Assembly (NCBI GenBank): GCA_034780895.1
Contig: JAUZTB010000127.1
Location: 70,867,992 to 70,931,991, forward strand
Length of the DNA stretch: 64,000 bases
Direction: 5' to 3'
Origin: Rhynchobatus australiae
Lineage: Eukaryota
Positions 13,501 to 26,589 of the stretch are shown here, piece by piece (positions within the stretch are counted from its first letter, which is position 1; every line of letters starts with the position of its first letter). The position numbers were made by a program, and so were the translations under genes. The notes beneath the pieces are model-generated. The model was not told where the DNA came from. It worked only from the letters and a program-made list of their open reading frames with translations, and made no database searches.

Positions 13501-15409
13501 CAACATTTTTTTTTAAATGAAACTGTAGAGTTTCACTTAAATATTTTATTCTTATTTTACTTTTTCTTTCTATTCTTCTTTCTCTCTCAATCCAATTGTT
13601 CTGGCTCTTTCTTTATTTTTCTTTCTTTAACTAAATTAAATTAAATTAATTCTCCCTTCCTTCTTTGTCCCCCTTTCTCAGTCTTTTAATTCCATTGATT
13701 GATTAAGGAGATATATTGTTGGTCTTAGACATCTTGTGGCTCTCACTGTACTTGTAACAGTTTGCATGTTAGACATCTTCCAAAAGAAAATACTTTGAGT
13801 TAAAAGGACAAGAACAAATGTCTGGGAGGTCCACAATGAGATGTCCTACTCCATCAGGATCTGGGCCAGTAGATGTTTATTACATGATAAGATCTCTCTA
13901 CAATTCTAGTGACCAGGCTGCAGTTCACACTGTGGAAATCAGCACTGCTCTAAAGTCATTTGCTGCCAATTGCAGCATCCACAACTGTCCAACAATAATT
14001 TCCCACAAAGCATTCCCACATTAGCCACAGAGAAGATAAATGTAATCTAAGGCTCTTTCTACATTACTGCATAAAGCATTTGCTTACTCTGTCACAAAGC
14101 TGGCAAATGGACAATAATTCAGTCCTTTCTGTCAGTCCTCATCTTGCCCCAATTATCAACATGCTCTGCAAATATGAGAATTAATAAGATCTTTATTAAG
14201 AGGGAATTCAAACATTCAATGTTGTTTTTTTCAGATGTAATGTTCTGCTTTTCTTCCAAGAACAATTCCACTGGAAGTTGTTATTTGCTAAGTAAACCAA
14301 GCTAACTTGTTAGCATTCAATGCTTTATTTGGAACGGATCACTGACACCAGAGAATCAATACCATTCCAGATTCATCATTTTTTTAATTCACTTTGAAGT
14401 TCTATATGTTGGCCCTTTTTCATTTGAATTTTTACTCATTCCTTTTGATAAACTCCTTTGAAATTCCAATTTGAAATTATTGAAATAAACAGCAGACATC
14501 AAGTGGCAATTCTTTGTTTAGCTTTCTGAAACATTTTCCCCCTACTTAGTGCTTTACTAGTGAGATGATACATGGACATTTCTACTTATAAATTGGCAGA
14601 GGCAGTGCAGACTTCACCAAACGATTTATTAGTTTTAGACTTATAAAACTAGTGTGAAGTTAGTATGTGTATGTGTAGAATTGGATTTCACCCTTGTCTG
14701 GTATGTTGCATGCACACTATATTTGCCTAATTTCAAAAAGGGTGAAACTAAAATGTTTGCAAATTTGGCACATCCATACTTTAAGAAATTATTATCATAG
14801 TGCCCCCTCACCTTTAAAACGTGTGCAAAATAATTCTTTTGTTCAAATTATGTATAAACAACAAATGCAGGAGTTTTTTTCTTATCCAGTTTCTTGGCAG
14901 AAATGCCAAATATATTGAAGACATTCATGCCATCCTCCAGTTTGAATTGATTTGTATTCCATGTAGATTGACCAAGAGTATCCAGGTTTATTCAGCTAAA
15001 ATAATGTCTAATTTTAACTGTTAAAAATGTAATGTTTAAAGCCAGGGATGTTCTCCAAGTTCAATATTGTAACTATTAGTTTTCTTATGTATTATTAAGT
15101 GAGAGATCTATACCCTCCAGGGAAAAAGAAATAAGGAGACCTATGTGTAGTTGACAGAGTTGTTGCCTTTTTTTCTGCCTTGCTATCACAGTTCTCCAGT
15201 TTGATTCCCATTTTCAGCATCTCTGCAAAATGAACTCCCAATTTCCAAAGTAACCCACTTCCTAATCTCTTGATTCACATAGTTTCTCCCCTGCCTCATT
15301 TCAACCAAAAATACTAACAGATCTCTTTTTCTTGATAACATCGCTCTCCTTTCAAAATCATTGTCATCACCACTTCCTAAGTAAGCCATATATCAACTTC
15401 ATTTGTTAA

Positions 15410-15555
15410 TAAAAACAGAAAATGCTGGAAATACAAAGGGTCTTCACCCTGAAATGTTAGTTCTGTGCTTCTCCTCCCACAGAAGCAGCCTGACCTGCTG
15501 AGTATTTCTACCATTTTGTGTTTTTATTTCAGAATTTCAGCATCTGTAGTTTTTT
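15410..15555. repeat. Penelope-terminus-derived palindromic repeat
   Basis: aaaacagaaaatgctggaaatac ... cctgacctgctgagtatttctaccattttgtgtttttatttcaga: inverted arms of the same unit seen flanking the Penelope element at 48.7-51 kb. Confidence 0.7.
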
Positions 15556-15569
15556 TAAATTTTAAGTTC

Positions 15570-16200
15570 AATTGCTACCGAAGCTCTCTTTACCAGATTC
15601 ATGCCCAACTCTTCCACAATTCTCCAACAAGTCCTCTAAGAATATCTCTAATCTGCCTTTGTTAGTTACAGCAACATCAATAGTCTTAGCCAAAGTCATG
15701 AATGGCATTCTGAATAACTAGGCTCATACTCCATTGCTTTCTTTGATCTTTTTGCATGAGGCACTTGGCCTTGTCATCTTCCTTCAGTCTTCAGTTATCC
15801 TGCTCCATAGCATTATACTTGCTTTCTTGCACTCCCGCTGGCACATCAACTATTCTTATTTCTTTTATGGACCCATATATCATCACCAGCAGAATCTTTT
15901 CCCAACCCTTTAGTTAAGTATATACTGTCCCTTAGAGGTATCAAAGGCCCTTTGTATTAAGACTAGGTGTAACTTTTCACCATTACTTTTGTTCCCTGAC
16001 ACAAATTTGGCTTGTTTACCTCAATGACAATCAGCCATAAATCAGCCAAAATCTAATTTAATAATGGAACAACTGAATGGTTTCCCAACCTGGCCACTAG
16101 CTTGGACTGATTCAGTCCATCCTTAACCTTGTTCTTCCGCTTAACCTAGAACTGAGTTTGAACCTAATATCTAATCTATCACCAAGATTGCTTATTTCTA
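15570..16200 (+). mobile_element. Decayed L2 LINE RT fragment
   Basis: gtcttagccaaagtcatgaatggcattctg...ctttctttgatctt corresponds to the L2 T.L.KVTNDIL...LLDLSAAFD region; pyrimidine-rich. Confidence 0.55.
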
Positions 16201-17898
16201 CTTCCCCAAAGTCTCAATGTAACTCAGTTCCTATTTTAAAATCATTTATTCTATCTTAGTTCCATGTTATTATTTAAGATTGAAGATTTTTAGTGGACAA
16301 ATAGTGTGGATAAGTTTAAGAAAGTAATAATCCCAATTATTTCAATGATTTCAATTATTCTTCAATATAGACTGAGGAGCTTGGAGATACAATGTTGAAG
16401 CTCTTCAGTCCAAACAGTCATAAGAGGGTGCAGTTACTATGTGACACAAATTTATACACTGTTTTCATTATTAATGTGAATCTACAAAACAATAATGGGA
16501 ACATTTGACAATAAGGACAAAAGATATTATAGATAAGCTATGTGCACAATTTTTTGTTATTGGAGAGAAAGATGGATTTCTGCCTTTCAAAGGGCAATCC
16601 GTGTTTTAAAAAATCTCCAGCAAAATGATGTCAGATTGGATATGGAAGGGAAATGCCAGTAGTTCTATGTAGAACAAGTAGGAAAGATGGTAACAAGTTC
16701 CGGACTTGAGCACATACATGTAGAAGTCCCAAACTTGTTGACAGTTGTCCACAGATGACTTGCTGACTGCACCCCATTGTTGGTTTCCTCATGAAGCTTA
16801 GTGGTGGAGCTTGAAGGTGGGGCAATTTCTCAGCTGAGAATTGGCTCAAAAAATTTAAGTTAGATTAGGCAACACAGGGAATTCTCTTCCTTTCACTTCA
16901 GTAGATAAAATTGGTATAGCTACACAATACTGAGACTGATATCCAGTTCTATCTAATCATGCCAATTAGATGCACCACTGCATGAAGCTGGGTTCAGTTT
17001 GTGTCAGCCGCAGCCTGACCCATATGACATTGCACCATTTCCTCTTTCTTCAAGAATATAATGATTGTTGGCTATGTTCTTCCATCATGNNNNNNNNNNN
17101 NNNNNNNNNNNNNNNNNNNNNNNNNNNNNNNNNNNNNNNNNNNNNNNNNNNNNNNNNNNNNNNNNNNNNNNNNNNNNNNNNNNNNNNNNNNNNNNNNNNN
17201 NNNNNNNNNNNNNNNNNNNNNNNNNNNNNNNNNNNNNNNNNNNNNNNNNNNNNNNNNNNNNNNNNNNNNNNNNNNNNNNNNNNNNNNNNNNNNNNNNNNN
17301 NNNNNNNNNNNNNNNNNNNNNNNNNNNNNNNNNNNNNNNNNNNNNNNNNNNNNNNNNNNNNNNNNNNNNNNNNNNNNNNNNNNNNNNNNNNNNNNNNNNN
17401 NNNNNNNNNNNNNNNNNNNNNNNNNNNNNNNNNNNNNNNNNNNNNNNNNNNNNNNNNNNNNNNNNNNNNNNNNNNNNNNNNNNNNNNNNNNNNNNNNNNN
17501 NNNNNNNNNNNNNNNNNNNNNNNNNNNNNNNNNNNNNNNNNNNNNNNNNNNNNNNNNNNNNNNNNNNNNNNNNNNNNNNNNNNNNNNNNNNNNNNNNNNN
17601 NNNNNNNNNNNNNNNNNNNNNNNNNNNNNNNNNNNNNNNNNNNNNNNNNNNNNNNNNNNNNNNNNNNNNNNNNNNNNNNNNNNNNNNNNNNNNNNNNNNN
17701 NNNNNNNNATGATAAATTAAACTCTCAACCATTATGACCAAGTTAAATACATTCCTTCTGTTCAGGGTTTGTAAGGTCTTTGTGTTTACTGAATGTACAT
17801 GTCTGTTAATTTAAAGCTGTAATAATTCTTAACCTGCTATTTGTTCTGAATAATTTATGCTGTAGAACTTTATTGACCATTGACCTCTTCATCTGCAG

Positions 17899-18053
17899 TC
17901 ATGTGATGTGTACAGTATCCCTTAATGACATGGAATGTGGCCATTTCTCTGCTTTTACCACCCGACACGTGAAGATTAAACGAGACTCTGTCTATGGTTT
18001 TGGATTTGTGGCAGGTGGCGAGAAGCCTGTGATAGTACGAGCTGTGGCACCAG
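17899..18053 (+). CDS. FRMPD3: FRMPD3-like coding exon A (N-terminal linker and first half of PDZ domain)
   Basis: Acceptor ttcatctgcAG (17897-17898) and donor CAG|GTgaga (18054). 155 nt encoding HVMCTVSLNDMECGHFSAFTTRHVKIKRDSVYGFGFVAGGEKPVIVRAVAP(G), with the GFGF carboxylate-binding loop. SHVM..NDMEC and RD.xYGFGF match human FRMPD3 as I recall it. Confidence 0.92.
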
Positions 18054-19567
18054 GTGAGACGTGCAAAGATGTTTATGGATTCTTGTTAGTTATGTTCAAT
18101 TGCTTCATCAATCTATGTTTATTCCATACCCTTAGCTGTTTACAAGGATCAACTTGCTTCTAACAAATTTGAATCTAACGTGGTTACAAGATACATCTTT
18201 ATAATGTGTTTGCAAATTCCTTCACCGGTCTTTCCCTCCTAATTGTACTGGATCATGTCCCATTACCTGGGCAACAACTGGCTGGGAGTTGTTCAGTCAT
18301 ATGTCTACTGTTTACAGGTGGATGAAGAGAGTGTTACCATGATAATTAACCATGGGGAACATCATTATCCAGCTCACAACTGCCTTTTTCATTATCTAGA
18401 GTGGGTAGCTTAGATTAAAAATTGGATTGTGCAGCACTGTCTTTTTCAGTGTTACACAATCCAAAATTGATCTCACCCGCAGTGAATCACATTAGCAATC
18501 ACTTCCAGGTGAAACCATGTTTGTGAAATAGGATGGGCCATTGCTGGTCACGATCCATGTTAGCAGACTTGATGTTTTACCTGTGTCAAGGGTGCACTAA
18601 TGACATCAACAGTCATACAGTGGAAGCTTCAACTGACATCAGCATAAGTTGGAGCGCAAAAGTTCACAAAGATTGTCATATAACTGTCTCAGGAAAGCAA
18701 AGAACACATTGTTATTTTTTTATTCAAGATTTAAACAGAGGCTGTGCTCACATTGGGATATTTTACAAAGCAGCTCAAAAGCTCACTCGAGACAGCTCAC
18801 TTGCATTTTAAAGTACACAATCTGCTCAAACTAACAAGAAGTGCTTTTTAGAAATTAAGACTAATGGGCTTAATGATCATCATGAAGGTAGTATGAATGT
18901 GGGGGTGGGGATGGGGGGTGAAAGGTAATGGCAGAAGGGTGGCAACAATTGGGGAGGAGGCAGAAAAATGTACAATTACGAAGAGGCCCTCTCCTACAGC
19001 CCTCCATGACCCAGGGCCAACTATGTGCTTCTGGTGTTTGGCTGCCATTGCTGACAATCTTTTCTGAGTGCTATGCTGCAAAGTGGCAAAACCTACATTA
19101 CAATGACACTGCTCCCAACACATCTTTTGAGTTGCAAATCATGCCATTGCTGATACACATTTCTTCTTAAATAATTTCATTATTATTTTGGGGGACCCAT
19201 TTTGGCACCAATAAATGTAACGATGCCCTAATGCACCAAAAAAGATGAAATCCAATTTCTAGCCACAGACCATNNNNNNNNNNNNNNNNNNNNNNNNNNN
19301 NNNNNNNNNNNNNNNNNNNNNNNNNNNNNNNNNNNNNNNNNNNNNNNNNNNNNNNNNNNNNNNNNNNNNNNNNNNNNNNNNNNNNNNNNNNNNNNNNNNN
19401 NNNNNNNNNNNNNNNNNNNNNNNNNNNNTTGTTGTATACCTGCTGGACTTTGAAGATCATTGCTTGAGTCCATTGATGAATGAAAAATTCAGTAATGGCT
19501 GCAGAAAAGTTGCAACTATGCTATCTTTCAAAACCAGTCTCTTCCTTTCAGTACTTCCACCAGTTAA

Positions 19568-19670
19568 TAAAAATCAAAAAACTACAGATGCTGAAAATCT
19601 GAAATAAAAACAGAAAATGCTGGAAGCACTCGGCCAGTCGGGCAGCATTTGTCAAAAGAGAAAACTTGGA
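19568..19670 (-). repeat. Penelope-terminus-derived repeat
   Basis: actacagatgctgaaaatctgaaataaaaacagaaaatgctggaagcactcggccagtcgggcagcatt; same unit as at 15410, 29140, 36195 and 48718. Confidence 0.7.
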
Positions 19671-20239
19671 AACTATGGAAAAATTAAAACAAACGCAGAC
19701 TGTGGAAAAAAGTAACTCTCCTGGAACTTATTCGGATCCCTGCTGACTTGAGATAGTATTTATTTGGTGTAGTACAGTTCCTTTGGTACATTATTGCAGT
19801 ATTAACGTGTGTCTTTTGATATGTGAACCATGGTAGTAAATACTGCCAGGTCAATTTATCATAAGGACCATCATAACAGTATCCATCCCTGACCTCACAT
19901 AACATCCCAGTAATCCTGGTCAAATGACTTATTTCCACTTAGACCAGTTATCACATCCTTAACTCTAGCAAGACCAAAATAACCTAACTGAAATCTAACT
20001 GAGCCTAAGGTCTTCATGGTTCAGCTAAATACTTGATAAACTTGCTGAATATGCTGAGAAAGCTCTGGTGAATATTTTCAAGCAGCTTTGGAAAAGCACA
20101 GAAAGAAAATTAGTCAAAATTTTTTCAAACCTCTTCACATTACTAATTCCACAACCTATTGTGAGGCTAAGAGGCCCCCCTCACTTTTGTAATCACTGGA
20201 GACTCCAAGTGAAATCCAGAGAATTCCCAAGTAGTCTAA

Positions 20240-20570
20240 GTATAGATCCAAGGTTTGATCCCCTGTCTAGACTGAGATGGCTGATCACTGTCAAGGTAGC
20301 AACTTATCTATATAAAGGACCTTATTGCACCCAAATTAAATAGGGGATGGAATAACCCAATGTTCCTTTCCTGAACACAATTCCTGTTGAAATATTTATA
20401 GTACTTAACGGAGAATCTGGCCCAGCTATGCTGTGATGACCTTGTGGTAAATCAACCCAATGACCATCTCCATGAAAGGCTGCTTGACATTGGTATAAGG
20501 TAATTGATTGCGAGTGTGGTACTATAGTTCAGCCTGAATCAGTCCTTTAAGGCAAGGGCAGGCAATAAAT
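20240..20570 (+). mobile_element. Old SINE-like interspersed repeat
   Basis: B-box-like ggtttgatcccc followed by a body loosely similar to 21630-21900 and, inverted, to about 18240-18560. Confidence 0.4.
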
Positions 20571-21629
20571 ACAGAGCAAAAATCTTGGGTGGATGACATT
20601 CATGCATGATTATATACATTTTGATTAATTTCATTTGCAAGGTATTGTTGTCCTTATAATGGTCCCATCTCTAAACTGGCATCTTGTCTAGTTACATGCA
20701 GGAAATATAATGGATCCTGTACAAATAGAGACAACATGTTCATTTTGTACACAGCCCTGCTTCTCTGTAACCACTAGCTCCCTAGTTCTTCCACTGATAA
20801 CAAATGAAATTAATGATCTCCCTAAAGCCTGTCCTACCAATCAGATTGATTTAGTCATCAACTCTATCTTGTGCAACAAAATGCAGCAAGTGAACATACA
20901 AAGAATTCAGGCACTTAACACATAATAAGCAATTGAAGAGGATAGCAGAATTCAGAATATAGATTAATAGTGGAGAAGATTCCATGCCAGAAGCAAGGTC
21001 ACTAAAGCTAATTACAAATAGAAGTCATAAGAGGCCTTGCAGAAATTAGATCTTGATCTTCACAGAGGAAGAGCAATACCAGTAGCTGATATTTATCTCA
21101 ACCCATCCTTCATATTATATTCCTTCTCCTTTGCCCTATTCTTATAGATTGTTAACATTGCCTGTAGTTTTGGCTCATTTATACTTTGTTTATACTTGTA
21201 CAATTTCATTGGTTTTCAATCATGTCCAACAAGAGAACATGTATCTTTAGCAAGAAGAGAGGCAGAGGCCAACTGCACCACTACCTTACAATAGCAATAA
21301 ACCTGAATCAGAGCTCAATGAGATATTAAAGGTTGTGATCTGTTGAGGTACAGACAAAAGTTAGTCTTAAATTTAATATTATAACCTCAATTAATTTCTT
21401 TCCNNNNNNNNNNNCTCCTGAATATCTGCTCTATAATATAGAATAGGTGTATATTTAACAAATAAAAGAATGGGTCAAATTCTTTGGCAGATCCCTGATT
21501 CTGTTGCAACAAACTTCATATCACATTTCTAAAGCAAAAGAAAAATTGAAAGATAATAAATTTTCCCCTATTATTCTGTTGATATGTCCATTGCCTAAGG
21601 TGGTAATGAATCATTCAGATTTAAATGGT

Positions 21630-21900
21630 CAGGAACTCAGTCCTTTGCCTGCAGTCAGTTTGTTGACCTCAGTTGTGGTAATGGTTTGAGAAGCTATAAT
21701 TAATATCATTGCCCCTGTGTAAGATAGGGGAAAGCTTAGGCAGAGATCCTGCTCCTGAATTCAACAGTAATTCCTGCTGGAAACTGAACATGTACTGGGT
21801 AAAGACAGGTTCAGGTGAAAATGCATTATCTACTAGGGTCAAGTAGTCTGATTATTTAAACTGTTTAAGCCCATATGGGAGGTGGCTTGAGGGACTTTAT
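21630..21900 (+). mobile_element. Old SINE-like interspersed repeat
   Basis: gatcctgctcctga..cagtaattcctgctggaaa..gtaaagacagg body resembles a recurrent elasmobranch SINE family. Confidence 0.4.
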
Positions 21901-23454
21901 CTCATCAAGAACTAGTGCCTTTGAGAAAATGCAAAAGGGAGGGTCAAAATAGTACAGAGGAAATGAATAAACTTAACAAAAGAGCCGGTAACTTGGAAAA
22001 CTGAAAATTAAAATCAAATAACAATAGAATAATAGTATTAGAATGCTGCATCAGGTACACAGAGTATTACAGATATTTTAATGCATTAATTACAAACATT
22101 GTTATTACAGGCGAGCAATATGTTAAGGGAATCAGCAGTTTGGGAAACATTTCTAAACTGCTTGGACCTTGTGTACTCAGCAAGCACTTATTCCCTGACA
22201 CAAGTTGCACTATTTTTCTTATTATTATCATTACAGTTTTTGTAAGATAAAAAAGTTTAATATGTATATCTCTTTATTCTGGGGCAAAAGTGCCATGCTG
22301 TTTTATTTAACAAAAGATTCAAGTCACTTAGGTAGAGTGTCAATTTGCCACCCTAATGCAAGTTCAGCTTTGCGGATCAGCACCGTTACAGAAATTATGC
22401 AATTTTCTCATTAGAAATAAAAATCATCTAGTTACGATAACGCTTGCTGATTTACAAAGCTAATTTTGTACNNNNNNNNNNNNNNNNNNNNNNNNNNNNN
22501 NNNNNNNNNNNNNNNNNNNNNNNNNNNNNNNNNNNNNNNNNNNNNNNNNNNNNNNNNNNNNNNNNNNNNNNTTGTACTCAAGCTACTGCTTAACATTTAA
22601 CCAGCTTTTCTTAGCAAACACAATTTGTTAGACCTTTGCATGAACTGTATTGTTTGTTCAGTTAATGGGCTGTCAATTTGACAATGAAGTGGAAAAAAAG
22701 AGTGGAATGGTGAAGTCTTCCCTTTCAGGAAGTGTGGGTTTTATCCAGTTTTCTGCCCCCACTGAGTTACCAACACAAAGCAACTTTGGATGAATCAAAA
22801 GTGTGGACAATATGGAAGAATCCCTGACACTGCACAGTCCGCAATAACTACAGCTAATTGCATTCAAATAAGCAAAGAAAAAGGGGAAAATATCAACATT
22901 TATTTAAAAGGCAGAAAAGCATAATACTCCAAAGTCTAATTTTATCAATTATATTCACAATGATAAATTAATACATTGTGATTTGATGGTGCTGATGATT
23001 TTGATGCAACTTGTATTCTTGCATCTAAACACTTTAAAAACATTTTTTTTTGCATTCCGTTTGATCTTGATAGTCCTAGCACAAGTGGAATTGTTGCCAA
23101 AAAACAAATTCCCAATTCATTTCCATTGTTTGGTTTCCCAAAGGTCCGCATCCCTTCCCTTCCAATTTGCTCTTATATTTAGAATTCCAAAAGATCAAAA
23201 GGCTGATACAGTCAATGAGTATTTCCAATTAGGAGCACTTCTCAGTGTGAGTACTCCAGACTTGTGATTTTGCAAACCACATTCCATATTAGCATCCACC
23301 CCACTTGCAGTACTTAGTTTCAAGACCAACCATCAGAAATCCAGTGGNNNNNNNNNNNNNNNNNNNNNNNNCACTAAACAGATTTACAGCATACATTATT
23401 ATAAAAGTTTCCAATGGGGTAATATTTGAATTAATTCAAATAACCTATGCTATT

Positions 23455-23800
23455 GCCTCTGAGTTCATTCCGTACTCCACAGACCCGAGCACAAGGTCTA
23501 TACTAACAGTAGGAGGTATTGCCCAGTTGTACATGTTGTCTTTCAAAAGATATTTTAAACTCAGATACTATCGATCTATCAGATGAATGCATAAGATCAC
23601 ATGGCACTACTTGTAGAATCTTCCAAGTGTCATGGGTAATATTTATTCATCAACTAATATTATTTAAACTGTTAATCTGGGTTTATTCACATTACTATTT
23701 GGCAACCTTTGATGTACAGAGATTAGGTTCTACATTTCTCTTCATTAGAGCAGTGACTACAAATCCTGAAATTGTTAAAGGACCTAAATAAATGCAAGTG
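23455..23800 (+). mobile_element. Deu-domain SINE (SacSINE1/AmnSINE1-like)
   Basis: gtctttc..aga..ttaaac.., aagatcacatggcactactt, gtgtcatgggtaatatttattcatcaactaa, cacattactatttg.., agcagtgactaca follow the Deu-domain consensus in order. Confidence 0.65.
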
Positions 23801-25829
23801 GTTTCTTCACTTTACCCTTGAAATTTTACAATGCTCTTTGTACAAGACTTTATTTTTCCAAAATCTTAATTATTCTGAAATTCAACTTTAAAATGCTCCC
23901 ATATCCAAACTTCCTGATGAAGTGAACCACAACACAAAAACAAAGTAAAAGATTCCCCTTTAACAAGAATTAATGTTCATCATGTGTCCCCATTCCCACT
24001 TCAAATCCATGAATCTGCAACAGCATCAAAATAATCTGAATTAACGCCACCTTCTGGAGACTTTGACACAAGCCATCCACACCTTTGGCTACCTAAATCC
24101 CTCCGACTCCCACTTCCCTTTCCTCCTTTAAACTTCTCCTGAAATCAGCTTCTTCAGCTCAGTGAGAATTTCTGATTGCACCTTGGGATGAGACCTTAGA
24201 TGATATTATTGTTGATGTTGTTGCTCATGTTTGTACACTGATGTGTATCAGACATGTGCACAGCCTAATAGTTAAGCCTACATCACTTCCTATTGATTAA
24301 TATTAGCAAAGAGATTGACACAAACATTAGAAGATTTTCTTGTTTTATGCTGATGGCAAGTTTTTGTCATTGTGAATGAATAAAGAAAATATATCTGCAG
24401 TAATTAGAAATCGTTCTTTATCACAACATTATANNNNNNNNNNNNNNNNNNNNNNNNNNNNNNNNNNNNNNNNNNNNNNNNNNNNNNNNNNNNNNNNNNN
24501 NNNNNNNNNNNNNNNNNNNNNNNNNNNNNNNNNATTAATTAGAAATCGTTCTTTATCACACCATTATATCTATCTATTTATGAAAAATATCCAGCTGATT
24601 TCCAACTGCTTTCTATTTATTTCCTTGTTGATAAATGAATGGCAGGTGAGAGGATCGGGGCACAATGTAACTTAGCCCTTTTGAACACCTACCTGGTGCA
24701 GTTGTCATATCGGCAACAAATGCCAGCAGGTTTTGGCCCAGAAGCTGTTTAACTAAACATATAAGGGTCCTAAACTGTGTTGGTAGCATGACTGCAATTC
24801 TGGAATACAATTAGATTGATTACGCAACAGGTATAGTGTCCCCATATTTACCAGGGCTGAGTAGCCTAACCAATGGCTTTGAAGAGATCATTTGTGGCAA
24901 TTCTACAAAGAAACTTGAAACATTTTTTTCTGGTGGGGGAGTAACAGAAAGAAAGAAAACCAGGAAGATCAGAATTACTCCCCTGTAATCCACTAGAATA
25001 GAGCAGCTACTCCTGACCCAGGATCACCCTTTCTTAGGTCAGCTACATTTCCCCCAGAACTGATCTTTTAATGAGCTCAGCACAGGAGTCAGCAACTTGT
25101 GGCCCTCCCTCCCATACCTGCTGATCTACAGCAGGGTTTCTGTTTGGCCTCCGTAGCCTATCGGATTTAATCTGAAAATGATCTTTGGCCTCCTGCCTGT
25201 GGGTAGGTAGTTTGGCTGCTTGGCCAACTGCATATGTAGCCTGGATAGATGTCAAAAATTTCCCATCATCTCTTCGTGATTTAAATTATACAGGATTTAC
25301 ACCATAGAAACAAGCCAGTCAACCCGATTAATCTCCAACTCTACCCAAACGTCTTCCTACTATGTCTCTTCTACCTCTGTGCTCAATCTCTCTGCTCCCT
25401 TTTACTTCACATGTGCATCAAAACCCTTCCTAATGCATCTTCCTCCATTCCCTTCACTAATTTTCTCTATATTTTTCTGTATTTTAGTGCAGCCATCAAC
25501 ATTATTAGCTGGTTCTTCCAGTTTCTAAATTAGATCATTGATACACATGGTGATCAATAGTTCAAACGCTGTGAGAGACCACTTCTCACTTGCTTTAAAT
25601 ATGAAACTTGTTTAGTAGCTCCTGCTTTCCATTTCCCATTTTCATTTTTCAATCTATTCTACAACAGCCTGTTGACTCTGCTTTTCCTAATCTTTACCAA
25701 GACTCCCTTTATGGCACCTTACTGAAGATTTCTGAAAATCTAATACCACTTCTGTTACATTCCCCTTGTCTACCATTTCTATTGCATTCTCAAATAATGT
25801 GATGTGTGCTTAAGCATGAGCCCTCACAT

Positions 25830-26460
25830 TTATAATGGTAGTGAGGAAGATGCACAGCTCAAAATAGGCAGAAGAGGCCAACAAAGTATTAGCAGTGAGA
25901 AGATTTCTGAAGATGGCTGTAATTTGGGTGGGAGGGAGCTGGAAATGATCAGCTGGGGGTAGAAGGTTGGTGTGAAGGACACTGAAGGTGCCAATGAATG
26001 GGGTGATTTCGCAGGGATTGGGGATGCGAGGAAGTTTGGAGGTATGTGCTGTGAGCAGTGCTCTATTTGGGATTGATTGTAGGGGAGGCTATCATGATCA
26101 GGGAGAGCAGAGGGGATGTGGAGAATGCTGTTAATGGATCTTTTAATGGGGAGGATATGAAGGAAGCAGGGAACTGTGCTATAATAGGGGAGGTTTGAAA
26201 AGTCATTTGTAAACGTAGTCATGATTATGAGAGAGAGAGAGAGAGAGAGAGAGAAGAGAGTTGTGGATTAGGCTGTGAACAGATCAATGAGCAAGGGCTA
26301 GGGATTAAGGCAGTTGGGGATTGGAGGAGGCTGCCGAATGAAGCTGTGACTGGTGTAGTGTGAGAGGATGAGGCTGTGATGGAGACTTTAGTCAGTGCTG
26401 TGATGAGATAGAAATTGTGACTGATAGGAAGAAACTGGGAAATGGTTGAGGTAATTGACC
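25830..26460 (-). mobile_element. Decayed L2-like fragment
   Basis: Purine-rich + strand (ggaggaggctg..., gaggatgaggctgtgatggagactttagtcagtgctgtg) is the reverse of L2 RT (HSTE.AL.KV). Confidence 0.45.
26228..26260 (+). repeat. (GA)n microsatellite
   Basis: Directly visible. Confidence 0.95.
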
Positions 26461-26589
26461 TGTTACCTTAAATGCCTTTCCACTGCCCCGAACCTCGACA
26501 CACACTAGATCAGGGTAATGAACATTAGGCTATGATATTCTGTTTTGAAATCTGAGCTGTCTACTTCTGTATCACATTCCCTCTCTCTA

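Noticed and set aside
16641-16710. YGREMPVVLCRTSRKDGNKFRT resembles the FRMPD4 WW segment YGWEMTANRDGRDYFIN and lies upstream of exon A
   Set aside because: It lacks the key Trp and aromatic residues, has wrong spacing and an in-frame stop, and I see no suitable phase-2 donor; probably chance.
8967-17741. Long ORFs (200-370 aa) in the ORF track
   Set aside because: They are made almost entirely of X from N gaps.
17873-18163. 96-aa single-exon PDZ ORF as a stand-alone gene
   Set aside because: Homology is limited to 17899-18053, which is bounded by splice sites; the rest is intronic read-through. The same applies to ORF 60323-60628.
22363-22395. RE1/NRSE-like motif ttcagctttgcggatcagcaccgttacag
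   Set aside because: The half-sites do not match TCAGCACC-nn-GGACAG in sequence or spacing.
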